Assembly (NCBI GenBank): GCA_041577295.1
Contig: JBFGJG010000016.1
Location: forward strand, 1 to 64,000
Direction of reading: 5' to 3'
From: Gemmatimonadales bacterium
GTDB lineage: Bacteria > Gemmatimonadota > Gemmatimonadetes > Gemmatimonadales > GWC2-71-9
Length of the DNA: 64,000 nucleotides
In this document: in pieces, positions 9,035 to 17,378 of the stretch
How positions within the stretch are numbered: the first letter of the stretch is position 1
Layout of the letters: every line of letters begins with the position of its first letter
Translations under genes and position numbers: made by a program
Notes under the pieces: model-generated
Told to the model about the DNA's origin: nothing
Seen by the model: only the letters and a program-made list of their open reading frames with translations
The model's database searches: none

Positions 9035-9458
9035 CATTTACCCCAGCGAGCCAGGGCTGTCAACCCCCCTCCTTCCGCGCCGCTCGCCACCCCCTGGGCC
9101 CCCCATCTCCCAACCGGGCCGCGGGTGCTAACTTAGTGGCATGGTCCCGCTGCTCTTTGCCGCGTATATCGAATCCCGGTCCCCCGGCATCTCACCGCTG
9201 CGGCCGCCGGTGCCCATCGTGCAGCTCCACCGAACGGACGCTCGTGCCGTCACGGAGCGCCTAGCCGAGTCCATTGACCTTTCGGGAGTGTTGGTGAGAT
9301 CGAGCGACCGAATCGACACGCCGACGGCGACTCAATCCGTTGAGAATTACACGACGCCGGTAGAGACCACGGCCGCCGGTGCATGGCCCTGCCACGGGAC
9401 AGCGTTCTTTGTCGGTTAGGGCGGGATTGGCGCCTCTCCTCGGAAGAAGCATCCCCGC

Positions 9459-9716
9459 GTGAAAACCCTACCGACTCAACAAGAACTGGAACGCGCGCTG
9501 ACCGCAGCCGGCGCGGCGCATCATGAGTACGAGCAGAACTCGCTTGGTGGAAAACGAGACGAGCAGTGGCCCGGGTGGTATGCGGCGTACGTGCTTGGGC
9601 GGTTAGGCGACTTCGCGGCTCCGACGCCGCTCAGTCGCTGGCTCGAAGCGGCGCCGGGTGGTGACAACTGGACCGCGTCCGCCGCGGCTCATGTGTTACG
9701 GCAGCTGGATCGCTGA
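9459..9716 (+). CDS. Small hypothetical protein (glyoxalase C-terminal helical domain-like)
   Basis: AAHHEYEQ..GGKRDEQWPGWYAAYV motif. Confidence 0.65.
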   Translation: MKTLPTQQELERALTAAGAAHHEYEQNSLGGKRDEQWPGWYAAYVLGRLGDFAAPTPLSRWLEAAPGGDNWTASAAAHVLRQLDR

Positions 9717-9750
9717 GCGTGATCTCAACCGCGGGAAGACAGTCTCAGGC

Positions 9751-10101
9751 TCACACCATCATCGGTGGGCGCGAATGTCGCGGCTGATAGACGCCGAGCT
9801 TTCCACCACCCGGGAGCGTGACCTGCGTCAGCAACCCCCAGCCACGGTCCTGCACTGGGGTGCACGAGATGCGGCGCTTTGTCATTGCTGCGGTGAACTC
9901 CTCAGCATCATCACAGATCAGATAGAACTCGTGTACGTCGTTCTGATCTGAAGGGTGCACGGCCACCTCCGCCGGTGGCAGCCCGAAGATCAGCCATCCG
10001 TCGCCCACGTCGACGTTCGTCAAGTTGAGCACATCGCGAAAAAAGGCGCGGTCGGCGTCAGGATCCGTACTGTAGATGATGGCGTGAGCACCGCTTATCA
10101 T
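9751..10101 (-). CDS. VOC/glyoxalase family protein
   Basis: MISGAHAIIYSTDPDADRAFFRDVL, GWLIFGLPPAEVAVHP, DRGWG, YQPRH. Confidence 0.85.
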   Translation of the reverse strand: MISGAHAIIYSTDPDADRAFFRDVLNLTNVDVGDGWLIFGLPPAEVAVHPSDQNDVHEFYLICDDAEEFTAAMTKRRISCTPVQDRGWGLLTQVTLPGGGKLGVYQPRHSRPPMMV

Positions 10102-10248
10102 GATCCCCCTGCCCTTTCGTTGGCGGAGGTCGGTTGGGTATCCGTGCTGCGTCCAGAAACGCCTCCGGTAGGCTCTTGAGTCTCGGTCTGGCTCGCCCCC
10201 ACCTTCCTCGTGCAGCGTTACGTCGCACAACGCCCGGGCGTCAAACAG

Positions 10249-10986
10249 TCACTTATGCTGACCAACGAGAACCGCTTCCCGGTACTCTACCCAAATAGGC
10301 GCAACATTGGTGAAGCCCGCCTCGGAGAGAATCACCAAGTCTTCCAGCAAGGGCAGCGGCTTGTCCTGCTCGGCCTCTTCCATCCGCCGCAGTTCTCGCG
10401 TCGTGGCCGCGAGATCGGTGAACTTGGGATGCCCCGTCCCCGCGCGGTCGAGAATACCCTGATTGCGGAGATGCTGATACCGGCTCTCGAGGGCGGCCGT
10501 GGCGCCAATGATGACGTCGGCGTTGACCAGCCAACCACCTGGCACCAACCATCGCCAACACGCTCGAATCACGTCGAGCTTTGCGGACTTCTCCAGGTGG
10601 TGGAGTGCATAACTCGACATCACGAGATCAAAGGGCCGCTCGTCAGCCAGGGTTTGGTCGAGCGTCCGAAAATCACCCTGCCGCAGGTCCACCCTATCGA
10701 TCGATGCCCGCAGCCGGTGCGCGGCGGCCTCCAACATGGAGGCCGAGCCATCGATGGCGAGCAAACTCGCATGTGGAAATCGGGTGAGCGACCGCTCGGC
10801 GAAATAGCCCGTCCCAACACCGAGCTCGAGAACCCTTCCACTGAACGATTGATCAAATGGCAGGAACTCGAGCGCGATCCTGGTCATCGGATCGCGGTTG
10901 GGATGCATGATGTCCATCTCGCGGTCGTACGCCGCAACGCGCTCCTTAACGTCGTACGCCGCGATGCTGCGCGAGGAGGCAGACAA
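10249..10986 (-). CDS. Class I SAM-dependent methyltransferase
   Basis: VLELGVGTG, IDGSASML, SSYALHHL, LVPGGWLVNAD. Confidence 0.9.
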   Translation of the reverse strand: MSASSRSIAAYDVKERVAAYDREMDIMHPNRDPMTRIALEFLPFDQSFSGRVLELGVGTGYFAERSLTRFPHASLLAIDGSASMLEAAAHRLRASIDRVDLRQGDFRTLDQTLADERPFDLVMSSYALHHLEKSAKLDVIRACWRWLVPGGWLVNADVIIGATAALESRYQHLRNQGILDRAGTGHPKFTDLAATTRELRRMEEAEQDKPLPLLEDLVILSEAGFTNVAPIWVEYREAVLVGQHK

Positions 10987-11062
10987 GACAGACTCCCGCC
11001 GAGAAAAAGAGAATCTACTTCATAGACGGGGGGGAAGGGATAGGAGTGATAGAGAGGACTTC

Positions 11063-12505
11063 CTAGTTTGCGGGTACCATGCGGTGAACGCTGCCGTCAT
11101 CGAGCAGAAGATACAGCTCACCGCTGGCATCCTCTCCGAATGAAACGACCCCTGCGCCGAGGGCGCTGAACCACTCGGTTTCGTCGAGCACCTGCCCACC
11201 CACGTAGCGAAAGCTTCGAACCCACTGCCGGCACCAATCGGCGTAGAAGTAGTGCCCCTGGAGGGACGGCATCGCACTTCCACGGTAGGCGTAGCCACCC
11301 GTGACCGATCCCGAGCAGAATCCCGATTCGTGCGCGTACTCGACAGCGGGCAGTGTGAGGCCCGTAGGATCACACGGGTTGGGGCTGAAGCATTGCGATC
11401 CTTCGAGGATCTTCCATCCGTAGTTCACGGGGGCATCGGTCGCGGGCATCGCGTTCACCTCTTCCACCGAGTTCTGTCCCACATCCGCGATGAAGATCAG
11501 ATCCTCGATCGGATCGAACGCCAACCGCCACGGATTCCGCAGCCCAAATGCCCATACCTCATCACGGCCCGCAGGATCACCCACGAATGGATTATCCGCT
11601 GGAATGCCATAGGGTGAGCCACCGTCCACGTCGATTCTCAGTAGCGAGCCCAACAGCGTGCCGGGATTCTGTCCGTGATTCTCGGCATCAGCCGGGGTGC
11701 CACCATCGCCCATCCCGATGTACAACATGCCGTCCGGACCGAACAGCAGATGACCGCCATTGTGCTCGTCATCCGGCTGATCGATCGCGAGGATCGTAAA
11801 CGCCGAGCCCGCGTCTGCTACGTTGGGATCACCCGATACGGTATACCGGACAATTTGCGTGGCATTGTTGAGATCGGTGTAGTTGACGTAGAAGAATCCG
11901 TTGGTCGCGTAGTCCGGGTGAAACGCCATCGAGAGCAGACCTTGCTCGAAGCCCCCGGACACGAGCCCCGAGATGTCCAAGAACGGTGTGCCCACCAGCT
12001 GACCGCCTTCAAAGATCAAAATCTGTCCTGCTTTTTCGACGATGAACAGACGATCGTTGTCGCCGGGGGGTGCCGTGAGGTGGATCGGGAGGCTCAACCC
12101 AGTGACCACCGGAGCGAGCGCCAGCCCACTCCCTGCCGACGCGGTCACGTCCACCGCGGCCTCACCGCTCACCCCCTCGCTCATGGCCGTAATGGTGGCC
12201 CCGCCGACGGATTCACCGGTGACCACACCAGTGCCGCTCACTGACGCTGCGTTGCTGTTGTCGCTCGACCAGCTGACACTGCGTCCGGTGAGCACGTTGC
12301 CCTGGGCGTCCCGCAACTGCGCCGACAGCTGAACGGTGCCACCCACCTCGACCGTCGCAGATGACGGCGTCACGGTGACAGAGGCCACGGGTGCCGGATC
12401 ACCACCCCCATTTCCTCCCCCGTTCCCGGGACCCATCCCTTCGGCACACCCACCGAGGATGCCAGCCGCGGCTCCGACGACCACGAGACAGATGTGGATC
12501 TTCAT
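11063..12505 (-). CDS. Lipoprotein: Big_2 Ig-like domain fused to PQQ-dependent sugar dehydrogenase (GSDH)
   Basis: Lipobox-like LGGC; VASVTVTPSSATV...WSSDN; GFEQGLL, HNGG, FGPDGMLYIGMGDGG, GLRNPWR, ADVGQ, NYGW. Confidence 0.88.
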   Translation of the reverse strand: MKIHICLVVVGAAAGILGGCAEGMGPGNGGGNGGGDPAPVASVTVTPSSATVEVGGTVQLSAQLRDAQGNVLTGRSVSWSSDNSNAASVSGTGVVTGESVGGATITAMSEGVSGEAAVDVTASAGSGLALAPVVTGLSLPIHLTAPPGDNDRLFIVEKAGQILIFEGGQLVGTPFLDISGLVSGGFEQGLLSMAFHPDYATNGFFYVNYTDLNNATQIVRYTVSGDPNVADAGSAFTILAIDQPDDEHNGGHLLFGPDGMLYIGMGDGGTPADAENHGQNPGTLLGSLLRIDVDGGSPYGIPADNPFVGDPAGRDEVWAFGLRNPWRLAFDPIEDLIFIADVGQNSVEEVNAMPATDAPVNYGWKILEGSQCFSPNPCDPTGLTLPAVEYAHESGFCSGSVTGGYAYRGSAMPSLQGHYFYADWCRQWVRSFRYVGGQVLDETEWFSALGAGVVSFGEDASGELYLLLDDGSVHRMVPAN

Positions 12506-12553
12506 GAACGAGCGCGTGATTTGATTGTCATGGATGCCGTATCGTGGGCTCCT

Positions 12554-12569
12554 TGCAAGCCGCGTTCCG
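12554..12569 (-). promoter_or_regulatory. Possible sigma-54 (-24/-12) promoter
   Basis: Minus strand reads CGGAACGCGGCTTGCA (GG-N10-GC), about 50 nt upstream of the ATG at 12505. Confidence 0.35.
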
Positions 12570-12700
12570 TGATGGAAGTCACTTTGTCCTCGAAGGAATA
12601 AAGAGGATAAAGAGGATGTGATGGATTCCACGGTAATGACAGCCCATCTCTGATAGTCTCGAAGTTCCGTTGATCGAGACAGCTTTAGGGAGGCGATCTC

Positions 12701-13324
12701 ATGCGTGTACCAGTCAGGCCATTCCTCGCCGTCGGTCTTGCCGTTGCGGTGTCCGCCTGCAGTGACAACCCCCTCGGTGTGAACTCAGGCGACGTCCTCT
12801 CCGCCCAGGAAATCCAATCGCTCTTCGACGCCATGTCTGCCGGCTTTTCCAACGCGGGGGTGAGTCCGGGAGCGCCAGCGTTGGCGTCGGGCGCTGCGGC
12901 AGTCCCCATCGATCAGAACTTTACCTTCTCCGCCGCGTGTCCGGCCGGAGGCTCGTTGAGCATCAGCGGGTCCGCCAACGGCAACATCGACGAGCAGACA
13001 CTCCTCGGTGACCTTCGGATGGAGTTTCGCTACAGGATGACCGAGTGTGCCGTCACCCATGAGCAAGTCACCTTCACAGTGAGCCACGCACCTGAGATCA
13101 GGTTCGACAGCAACTGGCAGTTCGGCGAAGAAGCGCTGAGCGTGAGTGGTAGCGAGAGGGGCGGGTTCAGCTTCACGGCGAGCGATGGACGCACCGGGAG
13201 TTGTGCCATCGACCTGGAGTTCTCCGTAACGGCTAACCGAACTACGCAGACCTCCAGCGCAACGGTGAGTGGAGAAGTGTGCGGCATTTCAGCGGACGGT
13301 CTCAATCCGCTCGATGTGTCCTGA
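12701..13324 (+). CDS. Hypothetical lipoprotein
   Basis: GGAGG RBS, lipobox VSAC, beta-rich body with paired Cys (CPAGG...C). Confidence 0.75.
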   Translation: MRVPVRPFLAVGLAVAVSACSDNPLGVNSGDVLSAQEIQSLFDAMSAGFSNAGVSPGAPALASGAAAVPIDQNFTFSAACPAGGSLSISGSANGNIDEQTLLGDLRMEFRYRMTECAVTHEQVTFTVSHAPEIRFDSNWQFGEEALSVSGSERGGFSFTASDGRTGSCAIDLEFSVTANRTTQTSSATVSGEVCGISADGLNPLDVS

Positions 13325-13382
13325 TGCTAGTTGGCAGATGAACTTTTGATTGCGCTGATGTGATCGCGCAGATGATCGTAGG

Positions 13383-13420
13383 AGGGGCGGTCGAACACTC
13401 GAGCTCGGCCGCTCTTTCTT
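13383..13420 (+). terminator. Possible intrinsic terminator
   Basis: aggggcggtcga...tcggccgctct stem followed by a T-rich tract, between convergent genes. Confidence 0.35.
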
Positions 13421-13487
13421 ATCCGGGATTGACGGCAGCGGCTGGATGGGCGGGCGATCTCTCCTGCCCCCCCTCCCTTGACTGGCG

Positions 13488-14561
13488 CTACCGGCCCTCC
13501 CGTCCGACGAACCGGATTACCCCGTGATCGCCGATGCCCACCGGAGCAGCGTGGCCAGCCACCCCGGTCGCCTCCACGAGCTCGAATTGGCGCGAAAGGA
13601 CTTCTTGCATCGGCTCACCGACCGGTGCATGACTGAACGTGATGGTCCAGACACCGGGGTCCACGAACATCCCCTCCACGGCCAAGGTCACCGTCACGAA
13701 TGTCACGCTGAATGTCGATCGCTGGGGAAAGGTCGTTGTGAGAGCTGGCTGGTTCGAGGGATCGCGCACATCGAAGCGCAGCGAATCGGCGTTGAGGTTG
13801 TGTGTTTCCACCCAGAAGAGCATCAGCGGTTCGTCGGTCCTGATCATGTCGTTGTCCACTGGGCGTTCGAGTAGAAATTCGAGACTGGGCAAAATCGTGG
13901 TCGTGATGCCCACATCGAGCACATGAAACTCATCCTGATACGGCAGCGGATCGGCCCAGAGCTGCTCCGTGGCGCTGCAGGGACCCTCGTATGGATCGAT
14001 CGGGATCCCCAGATCATCTCGGACCTCGAAGTGCAGGTGTGGCCAGTTGGAGTTACCCGAGCTGCCCACGAGCCCAAGCGGATCGCCGGGTCGCACTTCG
14101 TCGCCCAGATCGACCATCAATGAGTTTTCACGGAGATGCGCATAGATGTGGCTGAACCTGGACTCGTCGTGCAAGATCTCGAGGTGATTCCCAAACCCGC
14201 CGGGCGAGGGCCGGACCGCGTTGCGATCGAACAGCCCATCGACCGCCGCCACAACACGCCCGGGCGCCACCGCCTCGACGACGACACCGGAGTCTTGGAC
14301 CAAGAAGTTCCGCAGCAAGATGTCGACGCCGCGGTGTCCCTCAAAGGCCTTGATACCGCAGTTGTAGTCGGCAAAGCCGTGCGCGTAGTAAGCTCCGTAG
14401 AAGATGTTCTCGTTGGGTGTTCCAGCGAGGGGTACGGAACGCACGAGCGTTATCGAGGTCTGTTCACGAGGAGCAAACGGCCCCTCGGTGCTCAGGCAAC
14501 CAAGGGTTCCCACCGCCAGCGCGAGAACAAGGCACGGCGGGCGCCGATGGTCACGACACAT
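13488..14561 (-). CDS. M23 family metallopeptidase, probable lipoprotein, with C-terminal beta domain
   Basis: HRGVD, GFGNHL, YAHL, VGSSGNSNWPHLHFEV; start uncertain. Confidence 0.85.
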   Translation of the reverse strand: MCRDHRRPPCLVLALAVGTLGCLSTEGPFAPREQTSITLVRSVPLAGTPNENIFYGAYYAHGFADYNCGIKAFEGHRGVDILLRNFLVQDSGVVVEAVAPGRVVAAVDGLFDRNAVRPSPGGFGNHLEILHDESRFSHIYAHLRENSLMVDLGDEVRPGDPLGLVGSSGNSNWPHLHFEVRDDLGIPIDPYEGPCSATEQLWADPLPYQDEFHVLDVGITTTILPSLEFLLERPVDNDMIRTDEPLMLFWVETHNLNADSLRFDVRDPSNQPALTTTFPQRSTFSVTFVTVTLAVEGMFVDPGVWTITFSHAPVGEPMQEVLSRQFELVEATGVAGHAAPVGIGDHGVIRFVGREGR

Positions 14562-14593
14562 CAGGTCGCTGAGCCTTCCAACGGCGATGGCCG

Positions 14594-14920
14594 TCAATTT
14601 CCGAACTTCACACGCCACCACTCGCGGGCGCACTCCCGCAGCGAGAGCTGCTCGATCTGCGCCTCGGCGAGGCCCTCCACGATACCGCCGGCTGCGTTCT
14701 CTAAAACCGCCCCCAGTCCATCCACGATCCGTTCGGCGTCTTCACCGTACTCGCTGGCTTTATCCCTGCCGCTGGCCGTCAGCTCGCCGGCCCGATCCTT
14801 CGCTCGGTTGACGTATTCCTTTTTGAGCATCGTGCACGGGTTCAACGTCTTGTACGAGACGACGGGCACCGCAGCGACTACCACCACGAGAATCAAAATC
14901 AGCATCGCAAATTTTTTCAT
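14594..14920 (-). CDS. Hypothetical secreted/membrane-anchored helical protein
   Basis: MKK plus hydrophobic N-terminus, two Cys, helical body. Confidence 0.65.
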   Translation of the reverse strand: MKKFAMLILILVVVVAAVPVVSYKTLNPCTMLKKEYVNRAKDRAGELTASGRDKASEYGEDAERIVDGLGAVLENAAGGIVEGLAEAQIEQLSLRECAREWWRVKFGN

Positions 14921-14990
14921 GGGTCAAAACGTAGCCCGGGGCTGTGGCAGTGGCAACGAGTTCAGGGCGCGTCCGGCCGAACAGGCGGGA

Positions 14991-15869
14991 GTGGCGGCAA
15001 AGGATCCGAGACCCATTCCCACCGTAGCATGCATCGCAGTCCTCCTTGCTGCGTGCGTTGCGGAATCGCCGACTATGAACACACCGCAGATAAACATGCT
15101 CGTCCGAGCGGGCGACATCGCCGAATGCGAGAACACGAGGGACGAGGCAACGGCCGCCGTGCTCGACACACTCCCAGGAACGGTGTTTACCGCAGGCGAT
15201 AACGCGTACGATGACGGGACTGCCGAAGAGTTCTCCAACTGCTACGCACCATCGTGGGGCCGGCACCTCGGACGTACGCGTCCGACACCGGGCAATCACG
15301 ATTACCGTACCGACGATGGGGCACCGTACTACGCCTACTTCGGTGCCGCCGCAGGTGAAGCCGGTAAGGGCTTCTACGCATACGATCTGGGTGACTGGCA
15401 TGTGATCGGCCTCAACAGCAACATCGACGTCGGGGCGGACTCGGAGCAGCTCGCGTGGCTTCGCGCCGACCTCGATAGCCATACGACTCGCTGCGCAGTG
15501 GCATACTGGCACCATCCGAGGTTCAGCTCGGGGCACCACGGAAACGACGCAGACCTCGACGCCGTGTGGCAGGTCCTTTATGCAGCCGGTGTCGACGTGG
15601 TCGTGAACGGGCACGATCACAACTATGAACGATTCGCGCCACAGACGCCGGCGGCTGAGCCCGACGCGTTGGGGATTCGGCAGTTCGTAGCGGGGACAGG
15701 GGGCCGCGGCCTGAGAGCCATTGACACCGTCGTTGCGAACAGCGAAGTGCGAAATACCGACACGTGGGGAGTCCTCGTGCTCAGGCTGCTGGCCGATGCG
15801 TACGAGTGGGAGTTCGTTCCAGCCGCCGGTGGCATGTTTCGCGACGTGGGGAGGGACGAGTGTCACTGA
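14991..15869 (+). CDS. Calcineurin-like metallophosphoesterase (lipoprotein)
   Basis: AGDI, GDNAY, GNHDY, HHP, GHDHNYER; lipobox LAAC. Start assigned to the GTG at 14991. Confidence 0.85.
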   Translation: MAAKDPRPIPTVACIAVLLAACVAESPTMNTPQINMLVRAGDIAECENTRDEATAAVLDTLPGTVFTAGDNAYDDGTAEEFSNCYAPSWGRHLGRTRPTPGNHDYRTDDGAPYYAYFGAAAGEAGKGFYAYDLGDWHVIGLNSNIDVGADSEQLAWLRADLDSHTTRCAVAYWHHPRFSSGHHGNDADLDAVWQVLYAAGVDVVVNGHDHNYERFAPQTPAAEPDALGIRQFVAGTGGRGLRAIDTVVANSEVRNTDTWGVLVLRLLADAYEWEFVPAAGGMFRDVGRDECH

Positions 15870-15990
15870 GGGGTGGGAATCTGTCTCAACTGCCTCTGCT
15901 GCGTGGTGACGAGGCAGGGGTGGCAGAAGAGCGCCATCCTCCCGCCCTTCCTGCCCAGGCCCAGATCTTGCCCTCGTACATGCGCTGACT

Positions 15991-17364
15991 ATGCGAACCG
16001 CAACATCCGCCGCCGCCCCGCCGGGGCTGGCCCCCCCAGCACCCCCATCGCTGGTGCTTTCTCTCGGCGCCAGGGTGGCCTACGTGCTGGTGGTCTTCCT
16101 GGCGACCCTCAAGGCCCTCGAATTCGACCCGAACCTCGGAGATGCGGCGCTTCGGCTCGAGGACGCGTTCAACCCGGTCACCTCCGCCCGTGATCTAGTT
16201 GACGCGGTCCGAAACGTGGCCCTGTTCGCAGGATGGGGTGCCGTGTGGGTCATCAGCGGCCGACCCACCGTGCGTCTGTTCACGACCCTCATCGGCGCAG
16301 CCGTAACGGGCCTGGCGCTCAGTGCGGGTGTCGAAACGCTCCAACTCTTCTCCGAGATGCGGCGTGCCAGCGTGCTCGACCTGATCACCAACACCACCGG
16401 TGCGGTGGCCGGCGCGATCGTCATGACCGCCATGGTCGCCATGGCCTGGGGGCTCAGAGGGTGGAAGTCGTACGTGGGGATCCCAGCCGTGGTGCTGGCG
16501 GGTGGGTATTTGGGGGCAGTCTTCTTCGAATCCGTGGTCCCACTGGACCGTGCGGTTCCGCTGCTCGGTGTCTACGGTGGGCCCTTCAGCCGATTCGGCG
16601 CGGCCCTGAGCCAAATCAAGTTAGGGATGTCCACGTTTCCGATGACAGATGTGTTTCTGTTTCTTCCGCTTGGCGTCCTCGGCGTGGCGGCGCTCACAGA
16701 GCTACGCGAGTTCCAGCAGAAGTACGGTCGTGCCGCAGTGGTCACCTGTCTCTTTGGGCTCGTCCTATCCGCCACGGCTGAGGTCGGACGGGGGGCGTTG
16801 GGACTACCCATCGAGCTGGGCGTAATTCTCGTGCACACAGGGGCGATCGGACTGGGAGCTGTGGTCAGCGCAAAGCTCCTCCCCGCCTTCACCCGCACCT
16901 TCCGGGGACGCAAGCGGGCGAAAGTCGTCTTTGTCGGCTATGCCGTGGTGCTGATGCTGTGGGCGTGGCGCCCTTACTGGCCCGAGTGGGACCTAGCAGA
17001 CATCCTCGAGCAATTCTCAGTCGAACGATTCATTCCCCTCGCAGCAGCCCGTTGGCGAATGGATCTCTTCAGCGTGTCGGATGTCGCGGGGCAGTTCTTC
17101 CGCTACTTGCCGCTCGGTGCGATGCTCGCGGTGTGGCCACTGCGGATCGAGGGCCCGCTCGGTGCTTGCCTCCCGGGACTCTACCTCGCGCTGGCGCTCG
17201 AGTTTGGCCAAGCGTTCGTGGCAGGCCGCTACTTCGACGTCGGAACGGATCTCGCGGTGCAATGCGCTGGTGTCGTCATCGGGTGGATGGTCATTCGCCA
17301 GGCAGGATTCCGACCGCACGGTGAGATGATGCCCCCACGACCCACACAACGTCCACTGCGCTGA
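15991..17364 (+). CDS. VanZ family multi-pass membrane protein (repeated VanZ-like units)
   Basis: NVALFAGWG, VETLQLF..R.ASVLDLITNTTG; LFLPLG; LEFGQAFVAGRYFD. Confidence 0.8.
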   Translation: MRTATSAAAPPGLAPPAPPSLVLSLGARVAYVLVVFLATLKALEFDPNLGDAALRLEDAFNPVTSARDLVDAVRNVALFAGWGAVWVISGRPTVRLFTTLIGAAVTGLALSAGVETLQLFSEMRRASVLDLITNTTGAVAGAIVMTAMVAMAWGLRGWKSYVGIPAVVLAGGYLGAVFFESVVPLDRAVPLLGVYGGPFSRFGAALSQIKLGMSTFPMTDVFLFLPLGVLGVAALTELREFQQKYGRAAVVTCLFGLVLSATAEVGRGALGLPIELGVILVHTGAIGLGAVVSAKLLPAFTRTFRGRKRAKVVFVGYAVVLMLWAWRPYWPEWDLADILEQFSVERFIPLAAARWRMDLFSVSDVAGQFFRYLPLGAMLAVWPLRIEGPLGACLPGLYLALALEFGQAFVAGRYFDVGTDLAVQCAGVVIGWMVIRQAGFRPHGEMMPPRPTQRPLR

Positions 17365-17378
17365 GTCCCACGACGATC

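Noticed and set aside
9141..9419. 92-aa ORF upstream of the aib promoter
   Set aside because: No recognisable motif or RBS. It may be a decayed fragment, but I cannot support a call.
14136..14990. Long N-terminal extension of the metallophosphoesterase (577-aa ORF)
   Set aside because: It is antisense to two better-supported minus-strand genes; the lipoprotein signal begins near 14991.
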